Shown one piece after another: positions 19,814 to 30,701 of a stretch of 64,000 nucleotides of DNA. This DNA is from an uncultured bacterium (GTDB lineage: Bacteria > Patescibacteriota > Minisyncoccia > UBA6257 > 2-01-FULL-56-20): the NCBI GenBank assembly GCA_963844965.1, contig CAWJQC010000007.1, forward strand, positions 1 to 64,000, written 5' to 3'. The translations under genes were made by a program, and so were the position numbers. Positions within the stretch are counted from its first letter, which is position 1, and every line of letters begins with the position of its first letter. The notes beneath the pieces were generated by a model. The model was not told the origin of the DNA. It was given only the letters and a program-made list of their open reading frames with translations, and did not search any database.

Positions 19814-21453
19814 TTAACAATTACGCATTCAATCTTGCTCACGGAAAAACGGCCGCCGGCGATATTTTGCGTGTTGAAGTCGCTGATGTTTACATGAGAA
19901 CGCGCTATTGTCGTGGAGAAATCTTTTATGAGGCCGACGCGGTCGTCGGCAACGATGCGGAGTTCGGTCCTTGTCGGCAATCTTGAGCGCTTTCCCAGGA
20001 TGTTCTTCGCTCTGAGCGACGCCCTGATGTGTTCGCGGGCCATTGAGGTTTTGACGAACTTCAGCCAGTCCTCCGACGGCTTTTTGTTTTTTTGCGTCAT
20101 GATTTGCACCAGGTCGCCGGACTTGAGTTTGTGGTTTAACGGAACGAGCTGGTTGTTTACCTTTGCGCCGGCGCAGGAGTTGCCGATTTCGCTGTGAATT
20201 TGGTAGGCGAAATCTACCGGCGTGGCGTCCGCCGGCAGATCAATGACATCGCCTCTCGGCGTGATTACGAAGATGCGCTTTTTGAAAAAGTCAACTTTCA
20301 TCGCCCGCAGAAATTCTTCTGGGTCTTCGGCGCGTTTTTCCTCGCTGCGGTTCGTGATGGCGGCGGAGAGCCAGTTCTTCAGCTGTTCCACCCATCTCAG
20401 TTCCTCGGAGAGGTGTTTTTGCGGTATTTTTTCGCCGCGCCTTGATTGTTCGTAGAGCCAGTGGGCGGCGATGCCGTTTTCGTTCTCCTCATGCATCTCT
20501 TTCGTGCGGATCTGGAACTCAATTATTTTTTCCTCCGGCCCGATGACGGTCGTGTGCAAACTCCTGTAGCCGTTCGGCTTCGGCATGGCGATATAGTCCT
20601 TGATGCGTCCGGGGAGAGGTGGCCAGGCGTGGTGGATAGCGCCGAGGGCGGCGTAGCATTCCGAAACGTTGCTCACGATGATACGCATGGCGACGAGATC
20701 GTAGACGTTCTCTATTTCCATATCGCGCTCCAAAAGCTTGTGATATAAGCTCGCGTAGCGTTTCGCCCTGAAATCAATGGAGATGGGCGTGAGATTGTTT
20801 TCTTTGAGTATCGCCTCCACCGCCGGTTTTATCTTTTTCAGGTACTCCAGCCGTTTTTCGTATTTTTCCTCAACGGTCTTGTGCAGCCACTCCGATTCGC
20901 GCGGATGAATATAGGGAAAAGCGAGGTCGCGAAGTTCGCCCGACAGGTTCTGCATGCCGAGGCGATAGGCGAGCGGCGCATAGATCTCGTCCGTTTCAAG
21001 CGCGATTCTCTTTTGTTTGATGGGCGGCAGGGCGGCGAGCGTTTTCATGTTGTGTAGCCGGTCGGCAAGTTTTATGAAAACGACCCTCAGGTCCTTGCTC
21101 AGCGCGAGTATCATTTTGCGGAGGTTTTCTATTTTGCTTTCCACGCCGCGGTATTTAATAAGGCCGAGTTTCGTGACTCCATCAACGAGGAAAGCGATGT
21201 CCGGGCCGAACTCGCGCCGCACGTCGTCAATGGTTATGCCCGTGTCCTCAACCGTGTCGTGCAGGAGTCCCGCGGCTATCGTGGTTTCGTCAAGATGCCA
21301 CTGGTTCAGGGTTTCGGCGGTGGCCAAGGGATGCGTGAGATACAGCTCGCCACTCTCGCGCTTTTGCTTCGCATGCGCTTTTTCGGCAAATTTATACGCT
21401 TTGGCTATCACGCCGTCGGGATAGGTTTTTATTATCTCCTTGATTGTCATCAT
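19735..21453 (-). CDS. relA: bifunctional (p)ppGpp synthetase/hydrolase, RelA/SpoT family
   Basis: HD domain (HDTVEDT), a nucleotidyltransferase RelA/SpoT domain, then TGS and C-terminal ACT-like regions. 572 aa. Confidence 0.9.
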   Translation of the reverse strand: MMTIKEIIKTYPDGVIAKAYKFAEKAHAKQKRESGELYLTHPLATAETLNQWHLDETTIAAGLLHDTVEDTGITIDDVRREFGPDIAFLVDGVTKLGLIKYRGVESKIENLRKMILALSKDLRVVFIKLADRLHNMKTLAALPPIKQKRIALETDEIYAPLAYRLGMQNLSGELRDLAFPYIHPRESEWLHKTVEEKYEKRLEYLKKIKPAVEAILKENNLTPISIDFRAKRYASLYHKLLERDMEIENVYDLVAMRIIVSNVSECYAALGAIHHAWPPLPGRIKDYIAMPKPNGYRSLHTTVIGPEEKIIEFQIRTKEMHEENENGIAAHWLYEQSRRGEKIPQKHLSEELRWVEQLKNWLSAAITNRSEEKRAEDPEEFLRAMKVDFFKKRIFVITPRGDVIDLPADATPVDFAYQIHSEIGNSCAGAKVNNQLVPLNHKLKSGDLVQIMTQKNKKPSEDWLKFVKTSMAREHIRASLRAKNILGKRSRLPTRTELRIVADDRVGLIKDFSTTIARSHVNISDFNTQNIAGGRFSVSKIECVIVNKQKIEKLIFKLKQIKGVREISYKLI

Positions 21454-21500
21454 AGCTTATGATAGCCTACTTGCAGCTTTTATAAAACTTAAGGGGGCGG

Positions 21501-22565
21501 ATGATGGCAAACCATTTCTTGCGTGAGACGCTGGGATCCATAGGCGCGGTGCTGCCGGATTTCAGGCACGTAAGAGTTGACTGGGAAAGACTGAATTTTG
21601 TCGCGGAGGAGAACGCGCTTATGGATTACGATTTGCCGTGCTGGGATTTTTCCGGATGCTATCCGCAGTCCGACGAAGCGGCCCTCTCGCATTTTTTCTG
21701 GGGGAACGTGATAAATTTCTGTTTTGATCACTCGCGGGGCAACGGGGACGGCGAACTACTTAAGTTCAAAGTTCGCAACTGTGACGGAAAAATTATATCC
21801 GGTTCTTTCGGGATGCAATCCTGCTTTTACAGGACCTACAAAGAGTTGCCGATTACGACGGAAGATTTGAAAGCGCGGATTGGCACGTTTTCCAAGTTTG
21901 AGGAAATGTTCCGGGGAGTGGATTCTTCAATGCCGCTTCTCAGTCAACGCTGGGAAATGCTCAATGAAGCTATCGTGGTACTTGAAAATAGGTTCGGCGG
22001 GCAAGTGCAGAACTTACTTGAAGAAGGGTGCTACAGGGCTTTTGGCGAAGGCGGGGGGACGCAGCCGGGCATGGTGGAGTTGCTGGTTGATTACTTTCCT
22101 AACGCTTTTGGAGACGATAAGTTTATAGATTACAAGGGATGTTTTAATCCGCCCGGAAAAGCATTTTACTTTTACAAACGGGCACAGCTTTTTGTGATGA
22201 TGTATCATGGGCGCGCCCTGAGATCAGGCGGAAAACTTAAGTCCATTGATGGTATTGAAGAGATCGGTCCGCTCGTAGATTATATCATTCCCAAACGATA
22301 CGTCGCGGACAGCGTGCTTGTGTACGGCGACGAGCTTCGCGAGAAAATTGAAAGAGCATTGCCGATTGAAAGACACAGTAGGGAAGTGCTTGAAATTCGG
22401 CTCGGAACATACCTGGCCTTTTGGAAAGAGCTTGAGATAATAAATAAGATAAGAGCGATGGGCTGCATCGAGCCGATTCATGTCGGGCATCTTGACTATC
22501 GCAGATTCAGCCGCAGCGATGGCGGTAAATTTAAGCACTATTTTTGTCCTTGCACCGATTGCTGA
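21501..22565 (+). CDS. conserved hypothetical protein (possibly DUF2419/queuosine-salvage-like; tentative)
   Basis: 354 aa with a WGNVINFCF motif and a C-terminal HYFCPCTDC. The family assignment is from memory and is weak. Confidence 0.4.
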   Translation: MMANHFLRETLGSIGAVLPDFRHVRVDWERLNFVAEENALMDYDLPCWDFSGCYPQSDEAALSHFFWGNVINFCFDHSRGNGDGELLKFKVRNCDGKIISGSFGMQSCFYRTYKELPITTEDLKARIGTFSKFEEMFRGVDSSMPLLSQRWEMLNEAIVVLENRFGGQVQNLLEEGCYRAFGEGGGTQPGMVELLVDYFPNAFGDDKFIDYKGCFNPPGKAFYFYKRAQLFVMMYHGRALRSGGKLKSIDGIEEIGPLVDYIIPKRYVADSVLVYGDELREKIERALPIERHSREVLEIRLGTYLAFWKELEIINKIRAMGCIEPIHVGHLDYRRFSRSDGGKFKHYFCPCTDC

Positions 22566-22669
22566 TTTTATTGGGCAGGGCGCTTCTTCGGAGGCGCTTT
22601 TTTGTTTTGTAAGCGCAAGATGCAAAAATCAGAATGTAGAATTGGTACAATTTTGTTATACTTTTAAAT

Positions 22670-22969
22670 ATGAATAAATACCAAAAAGAAGTGGACGAGT
22701 GGTTCAAAAAAGAAGGGTGGCAGTATTGGGAACCGCTAGCCATAACAGCCCGTTTATTTGAAGAAGGAGGCGAATTTGCCCGTCTTATCAATCACATCTA
22801 TGGCTCCAAGAAAAAGAAACCCGATGAGCGAAAGCAGGATATAGAGGAAGAGATCGGAGATATAATTTATACTCTTATTTGCTTTGCGAATGAGAACGGG
22901 ATAGATCTTGATGTCGCAATCCGCAAAAGTTTGGATAAGGTTGTAAAAAGAGACAAAGATCGATATTAA
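22670..22969 (+). CDS. MazG-like nucleotide pyrophosphohydrolase
   Basis: EEGGEFARL ... EEIGDIIYTL motif pair of the all-alpha NTP pyrophosphatases. Confidence 0.65.
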   Translation: MNKYQKEVDEWFKKEGWQYWEPLAITARLFEEGGEFARLINHIYGSKKKKPDERKQDIEEEIGDIIYTLICFANENGIDLDVAIRKSLDKVVKRDKDRY

Positions 22970-25257
22970 TCCGATTTCACTTTAGATTTTGCCGCGCGCG
23001 GTTTACTTTTTTTCTCATTATCGTTTTTCTTCTCTTCTCCCTTAGCCTTCCACGCTTCAAATAATGCCGCGAGTTCGGCTTCGCTCTCCGGTTTTTTGTT
23101 GGCGATGAAAGTGCACTCCGGATAGCGCGTGCAGGCGTAGAACGGCCGGCCGCGTCCACGCGATTTTTTCTCCACAATGTCGCCGATTTTGCAGTTGGGG
23201 CACTTGAAACCGGTTTTGTTCCAGATTTTCATTACGCCTTTGCAATTCGGGTAGTCGCTGCAGCCGAGGAAGAAGCCGAAGCGGCCGCGCCGCACGGTCA
23301 TCGGTTTTCCGCAGATCGGGCAACACTCGTCTTTCGTTTTTTCCTCAAGCTCCCTGATCTTCGCCGCCTCCTCGGGCATTGGGAGTGTTACCTTGCTTTC
23401 CGGGTCGGGGCAGGCAAGGAATTTTCCGTTCCTGCCGAACTTTATGAGCATCGGTTTGCCGCAGTGCGGGCAGGGAGTTTCGGAAATCTCAACCTGTTTT
23501 TCCACGGCTTTTTCTTTTTCTTCCAGATTTTTTTTGAAAGGGACGTAAAATTCGCGGATGACGGGAACCCATTTGGTCTTTCCTTCGGCGATCTCGTCCA
23601 GCTCTTCTTCCACGTGCGCCGTAAATTTGATGTCCACGATTTCCGGGAAATGTTCCACGAGCAGATCGTTTACGAGCGTGCCGATTTCCGTCGGGTGGTA
23701 TTTTTTTTCTATCTTTTCCACATAGCCGCGTTCCTGTATGGTTGAAAGAGTCGGCGCGTACGTTGATGGGCGGCCGATGCCGTCGGCTTCAAGCGCCTTT
23801 ATGAGCGTGGCGTCCGTGTAGCGCGGCGGCGGTTCGGTGAAATGTTGCAGCGGCAGGAGTTCTTTGAGCGTCAGTTTCTCGCCGATTTCTAGCGGCGGAA
23901 GCGTATTTTCTTCCTCCCCGTTTTCATCGCCTTTTTCCGTGTAAATTTTCATAAAGCCGTCAAATTTCACGCTGACTCCTCTTGCGCGGAAAAGATATTT
24001 GCCGTCGCGCTTGTCCGCCATAGCTTTCTCGTCCGCCGAAGTTTTAACGAAGGCGGAAGCGGCGGTGGAGGCGCCGATTGTCGCGCGCGTTTCTTCAAGA
24101 AGCGCGGCCTGCATCTGAGAAGCAAGCGTGCGTTTATAGATGAGGTCGTAAAGTTTCGTCTGACCACGGTCGCGGAGACCGATGGCATCCGGTGTTTTTC
24201 CGAAATCGGTTGGTCTTACGGCTTCGTGCGCTTCTTGCGCGCCCTTGGATTTATTCGTATAAACACGTGGCGCGGCGAGGGCGTAGTTCACTCCGAAGCG
24301 CTCCGTGATTACGGCGCGTGCCTGGGCTAAGGCGGAGGTCGCGAGATTCAGGCTGTCCGTTCTCATATAAGTTATAAAACCCTCTTCGTAAAGTTTTTGG
24401 GCGATGACCATCGTTTGTTTTGCCGAAAAACCGAAACGCCGCGCCGCTTCCTGCTGCAGGGTTGAGGTCGTGAAGGGAGGAGCGGGGACGCGTGTCATTT
24501 CTCTGGTTTCAACGCCGTAAACCGCGTAATCCGCGCCTTTAAGTCCGGAAATTATTTTTTGCGCTTCCGTTTCGCTCGCCACGTCCATTTTTCCGAGATT
24601 CTTTCCGTCAACGAAATAAAGCGTTGCGCGAAACGGCTTTGGCACTTTGCGTTTTACTCCGCTTTTCATGAAATCCGCTTCAATCGTCCAGTATTCTTCT
24701 TTCTTGAAATTTTGGATTTCGCGTTCGCGCTCAACGACCAGGCGCATGGCCACGCTTTGCACGCGCCCAGCGGATAGGCCATAGCGTATTTTTCTCCAGA
24801 GAAACGGCGAGAGTTCGTATCCCACAAGCCGGTCCAAAACCCGCCGCGCCTGCTGGGCGTCAACGAGGTTTATGTCAATATCGCGCGGACTCGCGAGCGC
24901 GTCTTTTATGGCGGGTTTGGTGATCTCATGGAATGCTATCCGTTCGTATTTCTTTTCCTTCCCAAGTTCAAGCGCCTGGACAAGGTGCCAAGCGATAGCT
25001 TCTCCTTCGCGGTCTTCGTCTGTCGCGAGAATAACCATTTCGGCTTTTGCCACGTTTTTCTTGAGCGTTTCGACCACCCCGTGTGCCTTTTTAGGTATCA
25101 CATATGTCGGCTTGAAATCGTGTTTTACGTCAATGCCCAGTTTGCTTTTCGGAAGGTCGCGGAGGTGACCATAAGAGGACTCAACGAGATATTCTCTGCC
25201 GAGGAACTTTGAGATAGTCTTTGCCTTAGTTGGAGATTCTACTATTACAAGGTTCAT
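22966..25257 (-). CDS. topA: DNA topoisomerase I
   Basis: N-terminal Toprim (LVIVESPTKAKTI), the topoisomerase IA core, and C-terminal zinc-ribbon repeats (C..C..C..C). Confidence 0.95.
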   Translation of the reverse strand: MNLVIVESPTKAKTISKFLGREYLVESSYGHLRDLPKSKLGIDVKHDFKPTYVIPKKAHGVVETLKKNVAKAEMVILATDEDREGEAIAWHLVQALELGKEKKYERIAFHEITKPAIKDALASPRDIDINLVDAQQARRVLDRLVGYELSPFLWRKIRYGLSAGRVQSVAMRLVVEREREIQNFKKEEYWTIEADFMKSGVKRKVPKPFRATLYFVDGKNLGKMDVASETEAQKIISGLKGADYAVYGVETREMTRVPAPPFTTSTLQQEAARRFGFSAKQTMVIAQKLYEEGFITYMRTDSLNLATSALAQARAVITERFGVNYALAAPRVYTNKSKGAQEAHEAVRPTDFGKTPDAIGLRDRGQTKLYDLIYKRTLASQMQAALLEETRATIGASTAASAFVKTSADEKAMADKRDGKYLFRARGVSVKFDGFMKIYTEKGDENGEEENTLPPLEIGEKLTLKELLPLQHFTEPPPRYTDATLIKALEADGIGRPSTYAPTLSTIQERGYVEKIEKKYHPTEIGTLVNDLLVEHFPEIVDIKFTAHVEEELDEIAEGKTKWVPVIREFYVPFKKNLEEKEKAVEKQVEISETPCPHCGKPMLIKFGRNGKFLACPDPESKVTLPMPEEAAKIRELEEKTKDECCPICGKPMTVRRGRFGFFLGCSDYPNCKGVMKIWNKTGFKCPNCKIGDIVEKKSRGRGRPFYACTRYPECTFIANKKPESEAELAALFEAWKAKGEEKKNDNEKKSKPRAAKSKVKSD

Positions 25258-25402
25258 TTTGGTGGTTATTGTTTTTGTCCCGATTTTTTCAAAATTTTCA
25301 ATTTTGTAAAAAATCGTGGATCCTCGATAAATCTATCCCGACAAAGTCGCGGATGATTTATCGGGACTTTGGTTGGTGATTCAACGATGACGAGGTTCAT
25401 TG

Positions 25403-26434
25403 TTATAAAGTATAACATCCATCGCCGGTTTCTTTTACGATGTTCTTAATTATAAGATATGTGAGCGCGCGGTTCGCCTCCGAGACGGATAGATTAGTCG
25501 TTCCCAGTATTTTGTCAATACCGGCAGGTTTTGAAAATTTTTTAAGCGCTTCGTAAATTTTTTGTTCCTCCGGAGTTTCGAAATCTTTTATCAAAATGCT
25601 TTCCGCACCGGTTTCGATATTGAAAGCCTCCAAAATATCTTCGGCCTTGGTGACGAGTTCGGCGCCACTTCTTATGAGACGATTTGAGCCGATGTAGTTT
25701 GGGTGGGAAATCGGTCCCGGCACCACGAAAACCTGGCGGTTTTGGTCCAGCGCGTGATGGGCGGTCACGAGCGCGCCGGAATTTTCCGGCGCCTCCACCA
25801 CCAGTACGCCCTCGGCGAGGCCGCTTACGATCCGGTTGCGTTCAAGAAATCTGTATGGGAGCGGCCGCGTATCTGGAGGATATTCGGAAATGATCGCGCC
25901 GCCCGCCGACAATATTTTTCTGGCCAGCCGCTCGTTCGTGCGCGGGTAAACGTGATTTAGGCCGTTACCCAAGACGGCGACGGTTTTGCCTTTTGCCTCA
26001 AGGCATCCCTCGTGCGCGGCGGCGTCGATCCCGAGAGCCAGGCCGCTTATTATGGAAAATCCGCGCTTGGCAAGTTCGGCAGCGAATTTCCTGGCCAATT
26101 CTCTACCCTCAATCGTCGCTTTTCTCGTGCCGACAATCGCGATGGTTCTCGCGTCTTTCGGCGGCATAGTTCCGAGGATGTACAGACCGAATGGCGGCTG
26201 GGGGATTTCTTTAAGAAGCGGGGGATAGCCCGGCGAGTCGCGGAGCGTTAACTTTATGTCAGCCTTTTCCATTATTTCCCACTCTTTTGCGGGATTCGGC
26301 GCCACTTTTCCCGCCACGGCCGATTCTCGCCAGGCGGTTTCCCAATCGGGAAATTTATTTTTTAGCGCCTCAAGTTTTTTGTAGTCGCTTTCAAGCGCGA
26401 TGTTAACCGCGTTGTAGAATAATTCTTCCTGCAT
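25403..26434 (-). CDS. dprA: DNA processing protein DprA/Smf
   Basis: Rossmann-like GTRKAT...ISGLALGIDAAAH motif region. Confidence 0.85.
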   Translation of the reverse strand: MQEELFYNAVNIALESDYKKLEALKNKFPDWETAWRESAVAGKVAPNPAKEWEIMEKADIKLTLRDSPGYPPLLKEIPQPPFGLYILGTMPPKDARTIAIVGTRKATIEGRELARKFAAELAKRGFSIISGLALGIDAAAHEGCLEAKGKTVAVLGNGLNHVYPRTNERLARKILSAGGAIISEYPPDTRPLPYRFLERNRIVSGLAEGVLVVEAPENSGALVTAHHALDQNRQVFVVPGPISHPNYIGSNRLIRSGAELVTKAEDILEAFNIETGAESILIKDFETPEEQKIYEALKKFSKPAGIDKILGTTNLSVSEANRALTYLIIKNIVKETGDGCYTL

Positions 26435-26811
26435 CCCAGTAGAGGAATTTCGAATATTAATTTAGTAGTTCCGACTGTGTCATAATATTGTCGCGAAACA
26501 TTGATTGTGTTGATAATTTTTGCTAGTTAGGGAAACTCTTGTTCGAAATTCCCTGCCTGCCGGCAGGTTCTACTGGGCATAGTTTAGTTTAGAATAATAT
26601 ACGCAATCGGTGGCAAGTCAATTACTGTTATCGGTGGAATTTTTGAAAAGAAAAAAGCGGCCGTTGTTTGGATCGCGACCGCTCACCGCTTTTGGCCGGA
26701 TTGTCCAGCTACTCGCTGAATTTTTTCAGCGCTTCTTCTTCTGTCTTGCAGGAATCAAACATAGTAGCACCAAGGAGATTCAGTATCCGAAGTTTTTCGC
26801 ACACATGCCCG

Positions 26812-27072
26812 TCAGGGCAGGCGAGCTCTTAATTTCCCGCCGTTTTCCTTGATAGACATAAGAACCGAAATAAGCATGCCAATACCGCCGGAATCAACAC
26901 CAGTCAAATCTTTGAAGTTAAGTAGTAAATTTCTGCAATTCTCGGCCAAGAGGTCCGTGACAACTTCTCTTAAAGCTCTCGTGGCGTCGCCTGTAAAGCC
27001 TGCAAATAAGTTTCCTTGGCAGTCGATGACTGTAACATCGCCAACAACCTTGCGGACGTTTATCCTAAACAT
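26812..27072 (-). CDS. STAS-domain protein (anti-sigma-factor antagonist-like)
   Basis: 86 aa with SpoIIAA-like ..VIDCQG...LTGVDSGGIGML. Confidence 0.45.
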   Translation of the reverse strand: MFRINVRKVVGDVTVIDCQGNLFAGFTGDATRALREVVTDLLAENCRNLLLNFKDLTGVDSGGIGMLISVLMSIKENGGKLRARLP

Positions 27073-27152
27073 GATTCCTCCTTCCTCCAGTGGTTTCGGC
27101 TTTCAACTACACCGATGCCATTGTAAACGCTCTGTCAATTTTTGTCAATTAG

Positions 27153-27710
27153 TTGGGGTTTTGTTACAATAAAATTACGATGCTCAACCGCTTCAGGAGA
27201 GGATTAATCGTAAGCGCAATAATCATTGTCGGTTCGTTTTTGATTTCTGGAGTGGTACTTTACTTAATGGCCGGCGATTTGCGGTTTCAAGTTCAGAAGA
27301 TCGGGGAGGCACAGGCGGCGATATTGAACAGCCGCATTGTTCTTGATTCACTCTCGGCGCTGAAAGAAGATCTTGCCCAAGCCTCGGATTACAGCCAGGC
27401 TATGGATAAAATTTTAGTGCCGCAGGACCAGCTGTTGGATTTCGGGAAATGGCTTGACCAACTGGCTCGCGCGTACCAAATCCAATTAAACTTCTCTTTT
27501 GGCGGCGAACCGGTATCTCCGCAGGCGGGCTCACCCGGTTATTATAATTTCTCGTTGGAACTCAACGGCGACCTGAACAATATTATGGATTTTGTGAAAG
27601 ACGTGGAGTATAGATCGCCGCGGTTTTTAACGGTTTTTGATAGTCTTGATTTGAGCAATAAAGACGGCAGTTACGAGGTCTCGGCGAATGGACGGGTTTT
27701 CTTCAAATAG
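27153..27710 (+). CDS. hypothetical membrane-anchored protein
   Basis: 185 aa with an N-terminal TM. Confidence 0.35.
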   Translation: MGFCYNKITMLNRFRRGLIVSAIIIVGSFLISGVVLYLMAGDLRFQVQKIGEAQAAILNSRIVLDSLSALKEDLAQASDYSQAMDKILVPQDQLLDFGKWLDQLARAYQIQLNFSFGGEPVSPQAGSPGYYNFSLELNGDLNNIMDFVKDVEYRSPRFLTVFDSLDLSNKDGSYEVSANGRVFFK

Positions 27711-28110
27711 AGGTCGGCCGTGATATATTAAGATTTTACGATAAAGTTACCGGCATGCGAAAATTTTTTAATAAACATCCAGAATTTACGCTTGCAGTTA
27801 TAGCTGCGGTATTTTTGATAATCATGGCCGCGTCCTACGTTTGGGGCGTCACGACGATTGTCACCAACGTGAGCAAGGCGACCAGTGTCGGAGAGGAAAA
27901 GATTCCGCAGGCTGGATTTGATATCCAAGGAGCCGCCGGTCTGGACTTAAAGGGGCTTATTCGTTAAAATCGGCTTTTGCGGGCATCTTAGCTTGCCCCG
28001 CCAAATTTTTGAAAGCGCCTTTAGGGCCGACGCTTGCGAGTCGGCCTCCCGACACCGACCAATGTCGGTCGTCGGGACTCAGTGGTAAGAATATTTTACA
28101 ACCAATTAAT

Positions 28111-28182
28111 GCGTCCTTAGCTCAGTGGCAGAGCGCTTGCATGACACGCAAGAGGTCGCAGGTTCAATCCCTGCAGGACGCA
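28111..28182 (+). tRNA. tRNA-Val (anticodon GAC)
   Basis: GCGTCCTTAGCTCAGTGGCAGAGCG CTTGC ATGACAC GCAAG ..GCAGGTTCAATCCCTGCAGGACGCA. Confidence 0.85.
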
Positions 28183-28329
28183 CACAGCAGTGACAGGTGT
28201 TTCACGACCGCGTCAGCCGACTCTTTCGCGCGACCGCGAGAGCCGACCCAGTTGGACGGAATCATCTTCACATACAAAATACCGTCGCAGAATTGCGGCG
28301 GTATTTTGTATTTCGGCTTCGCCTTTTCG

Positions 28330-29673
28330 CTATGCCGTTTCCTTCGGCATCAAGCTGATCACTCTATTCTTGAGCATCAGTCGGCTCTTGAGGTTCGACA
28401 ACAATTCCCGTTTTTCCGTGATCGTTCCTTCGGTCAGGATATATATCGCATAGGACTTAGCATCGAACGTCTCCGGCTCGGCGTTCTGCTCCCGGCTCTT
28501 GCCCAAGGCAATCCTTCGGAACTTGTTGTACCGCGTGATCTCGTCCTTGAATTTCTGCTTGATGCCAAGCTCGTTCATATCTAAGGTGTCCAGCATGGCA
28601 ATGATCTGTTCGATGATTTCCTCCTCCTTGATGTATCCACACTGGCAATTCACGTCACGTTTCTTTGTGCAGCCGTAATAAACGTATCGATGGGTATTGC
28701 CGTTTTTCTGGTATTTCCACTTCTCGGACGCAGTGATTCCTGACCCACACAAGCCGCAGGTTATCAATTTCGTGAAGGCGAATTCCTTGTCGTTTTTGAC
28801 CTCGCTCCGCTTCAGCTGCTCGCGCGCCCGGTCAAAGAGTTCTTTCGTGATAATTGGCGTATGCTGCCCCGTATACCAGTTTCCCGACCCCTCCGGGAAT
28901 TCAAAGACGCCGTAGTAGAAGGTTTTCTGCAGGATGATAAAGATGTTGGATAACGAGAGGTACTTCCCGTTCGTCGTCTTGAATTTTAGATCATTCTTGA
29001 GCCACAGGTAGAGACGCCGTCCCGACCACTGATCATTCGCCACCTTCTCAAACATCTGGCGGATGACGGGAGCTCGAACTGGATCCACGATCACCTCGCA
29101 GGGCTTGTCCTTGCGCTTTTCGTTCAGGTATCCCGTCGGCGCGATGGATGGCCGCAATCCCTGCTCGCAACGTGTTCGCAACCCTCGCTTCACGTTTTCC
29201 GATTTGTTGTCGTTCTCAAGTTTCGCTGTCGAACACAGAATCATCAGCATAAACTTCTCGCTTGGGTTGTTCGTAAATTTCTGACTGAAGGTTCTGATTT
29301 CGATTAAGAGTTTCTGGTCCATGAGATCGACGAGCGAACCGAGATCACCAGCATTGCGGCTAAGACGGTCCGGTGCCCACGTAAGGATGCCGTTGAATTT
29401 GCCATCTTTGATATCTTTGAGGAGACTATTGAATACCTCACGCTGGCCGACGGCTTTCGCGGAGTGCGATTCCTTCCTTATCTCCACGATCTCAAGTCCG
29501 TCGCGCTCGGCGACCCGGGTCATCTCCTTGATTTGCGAATCAATACTCAGGACTTGTTGCTCCTCAGATTCCGTTGATTTTCTTGCGTATAAACAGTATG
29601 CGACCTTTATGGGAAGCGGTTGATTGGTTGAGGTCGCCGCTCCCACCGACCCCTTGATTAGGTTTGTCATCAA
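28330..29673 (-). CDS. large serine recombinase (integrase)
   Basis: N-terminal resolvase catalytic domain (YARKSTESEEQ..S.), a recombinase domain and a zinc ribbon (CGLCG...C.C). Lies about 150 nt from tRNA-Val. Confidence 0.85.
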   Translation of the reverse strand: MMTNLIKGSVGAATSTNQPLPIKVAYCLYARKSTESEEQQVLSIDSQIKEMTRVAERDGLEIVEIRKESHSAKAVGQREVFNSLLKDIKDGKFNGILTWAPDRLSRNAGDLGSLVDLMDQKLLIEIRTFSQKFTNNPSEKFMLMILCSTAKLENDNKSENVKRGLRTRCEQGLRPSIAPTGYLNEKRKDKPCEVIVDPVRAPVIRQMFEKVANDQWSGRRLYLWLKNDLKFKTTNGKYLSLSNIFIILQKTFYYGVFEFPEGSGNWYTGQHTPIITKELFDRAREQLKRSEVKNDKEFAFTKLITCGLCGSGITASEKWKYQKNGNTHRYVYYGCTKKRDVNCQCGYIKEEEIIEQIIAMLDTLDMNELGIKQKFKDEITRYNKFRRIALGKSREQNAEPETFDAKSYAIYILTEGTITEKRELLSNLKSRLMLKNRVISLMPKETA

Positions 29674-29831
29674 GACAAGAGATGATGCGAACCCACGAGG
29701 GCGTCCAGGATGGTCGAGTTGATAACTGATGGGTCGCTACAAGGCTATGAAGGAGCGAGGAAGGCAAGTTGATTGATTTAGCGAGATGCTGAATGCCATA
29801 TTCGGAGAGAAAAAACTGCTGGAGTTTACAA

Positions 29832-30308
29832 TTATTTTTTTGGAAAAAGTCCAGCCATTATAACCACAATCACAAGGGCTGGAGAAATTATCTTCAGGCC
29901 CCAAATCGATATCAGAAAAACAGTAAGAGAGGACAGGCCCGGATTTCCCGCCCCAACCGCGTTTAAAAACGCCATCACGAGAACAAACAAAAAGAAAATG
30001 GTGAATGTCAGTATGTTAATTAACGCGTAAAATAATTGCGAGATTTTGTTTTTAAATAAATCGAAGAAAATATATGCCAATAAATAAGTAATAACAGTCC
30101 ACGAGGTACCGAGAACCATTTTGTCCGCCTCAGACCTGTTATAGATATTAGAAAAATTATATATTAGGCCGACAAAAAATATAGAAATTACGACCAAAAA
30201 CTGTAGCCTATTTCCAATCTCTAAAAGACCAGCTCTATTTGGCGCCCTCGTCGCAAGCTTTCTAATTTTACGCCACAGATTTTTATTCATGGTTTCGGCC
30301 CAAGCCAT
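29832..30308 (-). CDS. hypothetical polytopic membrane protein (AT-rich)
   Basis: 158 aa with 4 TM helices in a low-GC segment. Confidence 0.4.
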   Translation of the reverse strand: MAWAETMNKNLWRKIRKLATRAPNRAGLLEIGNRLQFLVVISIFFVGLIYNFSNIYNRSEADKMVLGTSWTVITYLLAYIFFDLFKNKISQLFYALINILTFTIFFLFVLVMAFLNAVGAGNPGLSSLTVFLISIWGLKIISPALVIVVIMAGLFPKK

Positions 30309-30544
30309 GTTAAATAATTACGCCCAAATTTTACTCCGCTGGCAATAAAAAACAAGGCCGCTGCGGTCGGCGGCAGTTGGCTTATTTTTCCCACGGCACC
30401 GGCCTTTGTAGGATGTGCATTGGTTTGAAATCCGTCATCGCGGACTATTACATAACAGTGCCATCTGTGCGGCCCCCTTCAGAATTATCGATTTTATGCT
30501 ATTATAACGATAACAACTGAATATGCCTAAACCTCGCCACCGGC

Positions 30545-30670
30545 GGGGCATGGCACGAAAACCGGTCGGGGATAGAGAGCCCATCGTTTGGGAGCACCCT
30601 GACCGGTCGCATGCCGAAAGGTATGTGGGTGGCGCAAGCCATCGCCCAGCGGTGGGCTTTGTGGTTTCGC
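30545..30670 (+). ncRNA. unclassified structured RNA-like element, copy A (paralog of 40685-40807)
   Basis: About 70% identical to copy B. GAAA and GCAA tetraloop hairpins show compensatory changes between copies (catgcc/ggtatg vs tatctc/ggggtg; tggc/gcca vs tccc/ggga). Ends in GGGCTTT. The strand is assumed. Confidence 0.4.
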
Positions 30671-30701
30671 TACTGGCATAAAAATAAAACCGGTCAGGGT
30701 T

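Noticed and set aside
28009-28584. 191-aa ORF spanning tRNA-Val
   Set aside because: It overlaps the tRNA gene and the terminator hairpins and has low-complexity content. It is spurious.
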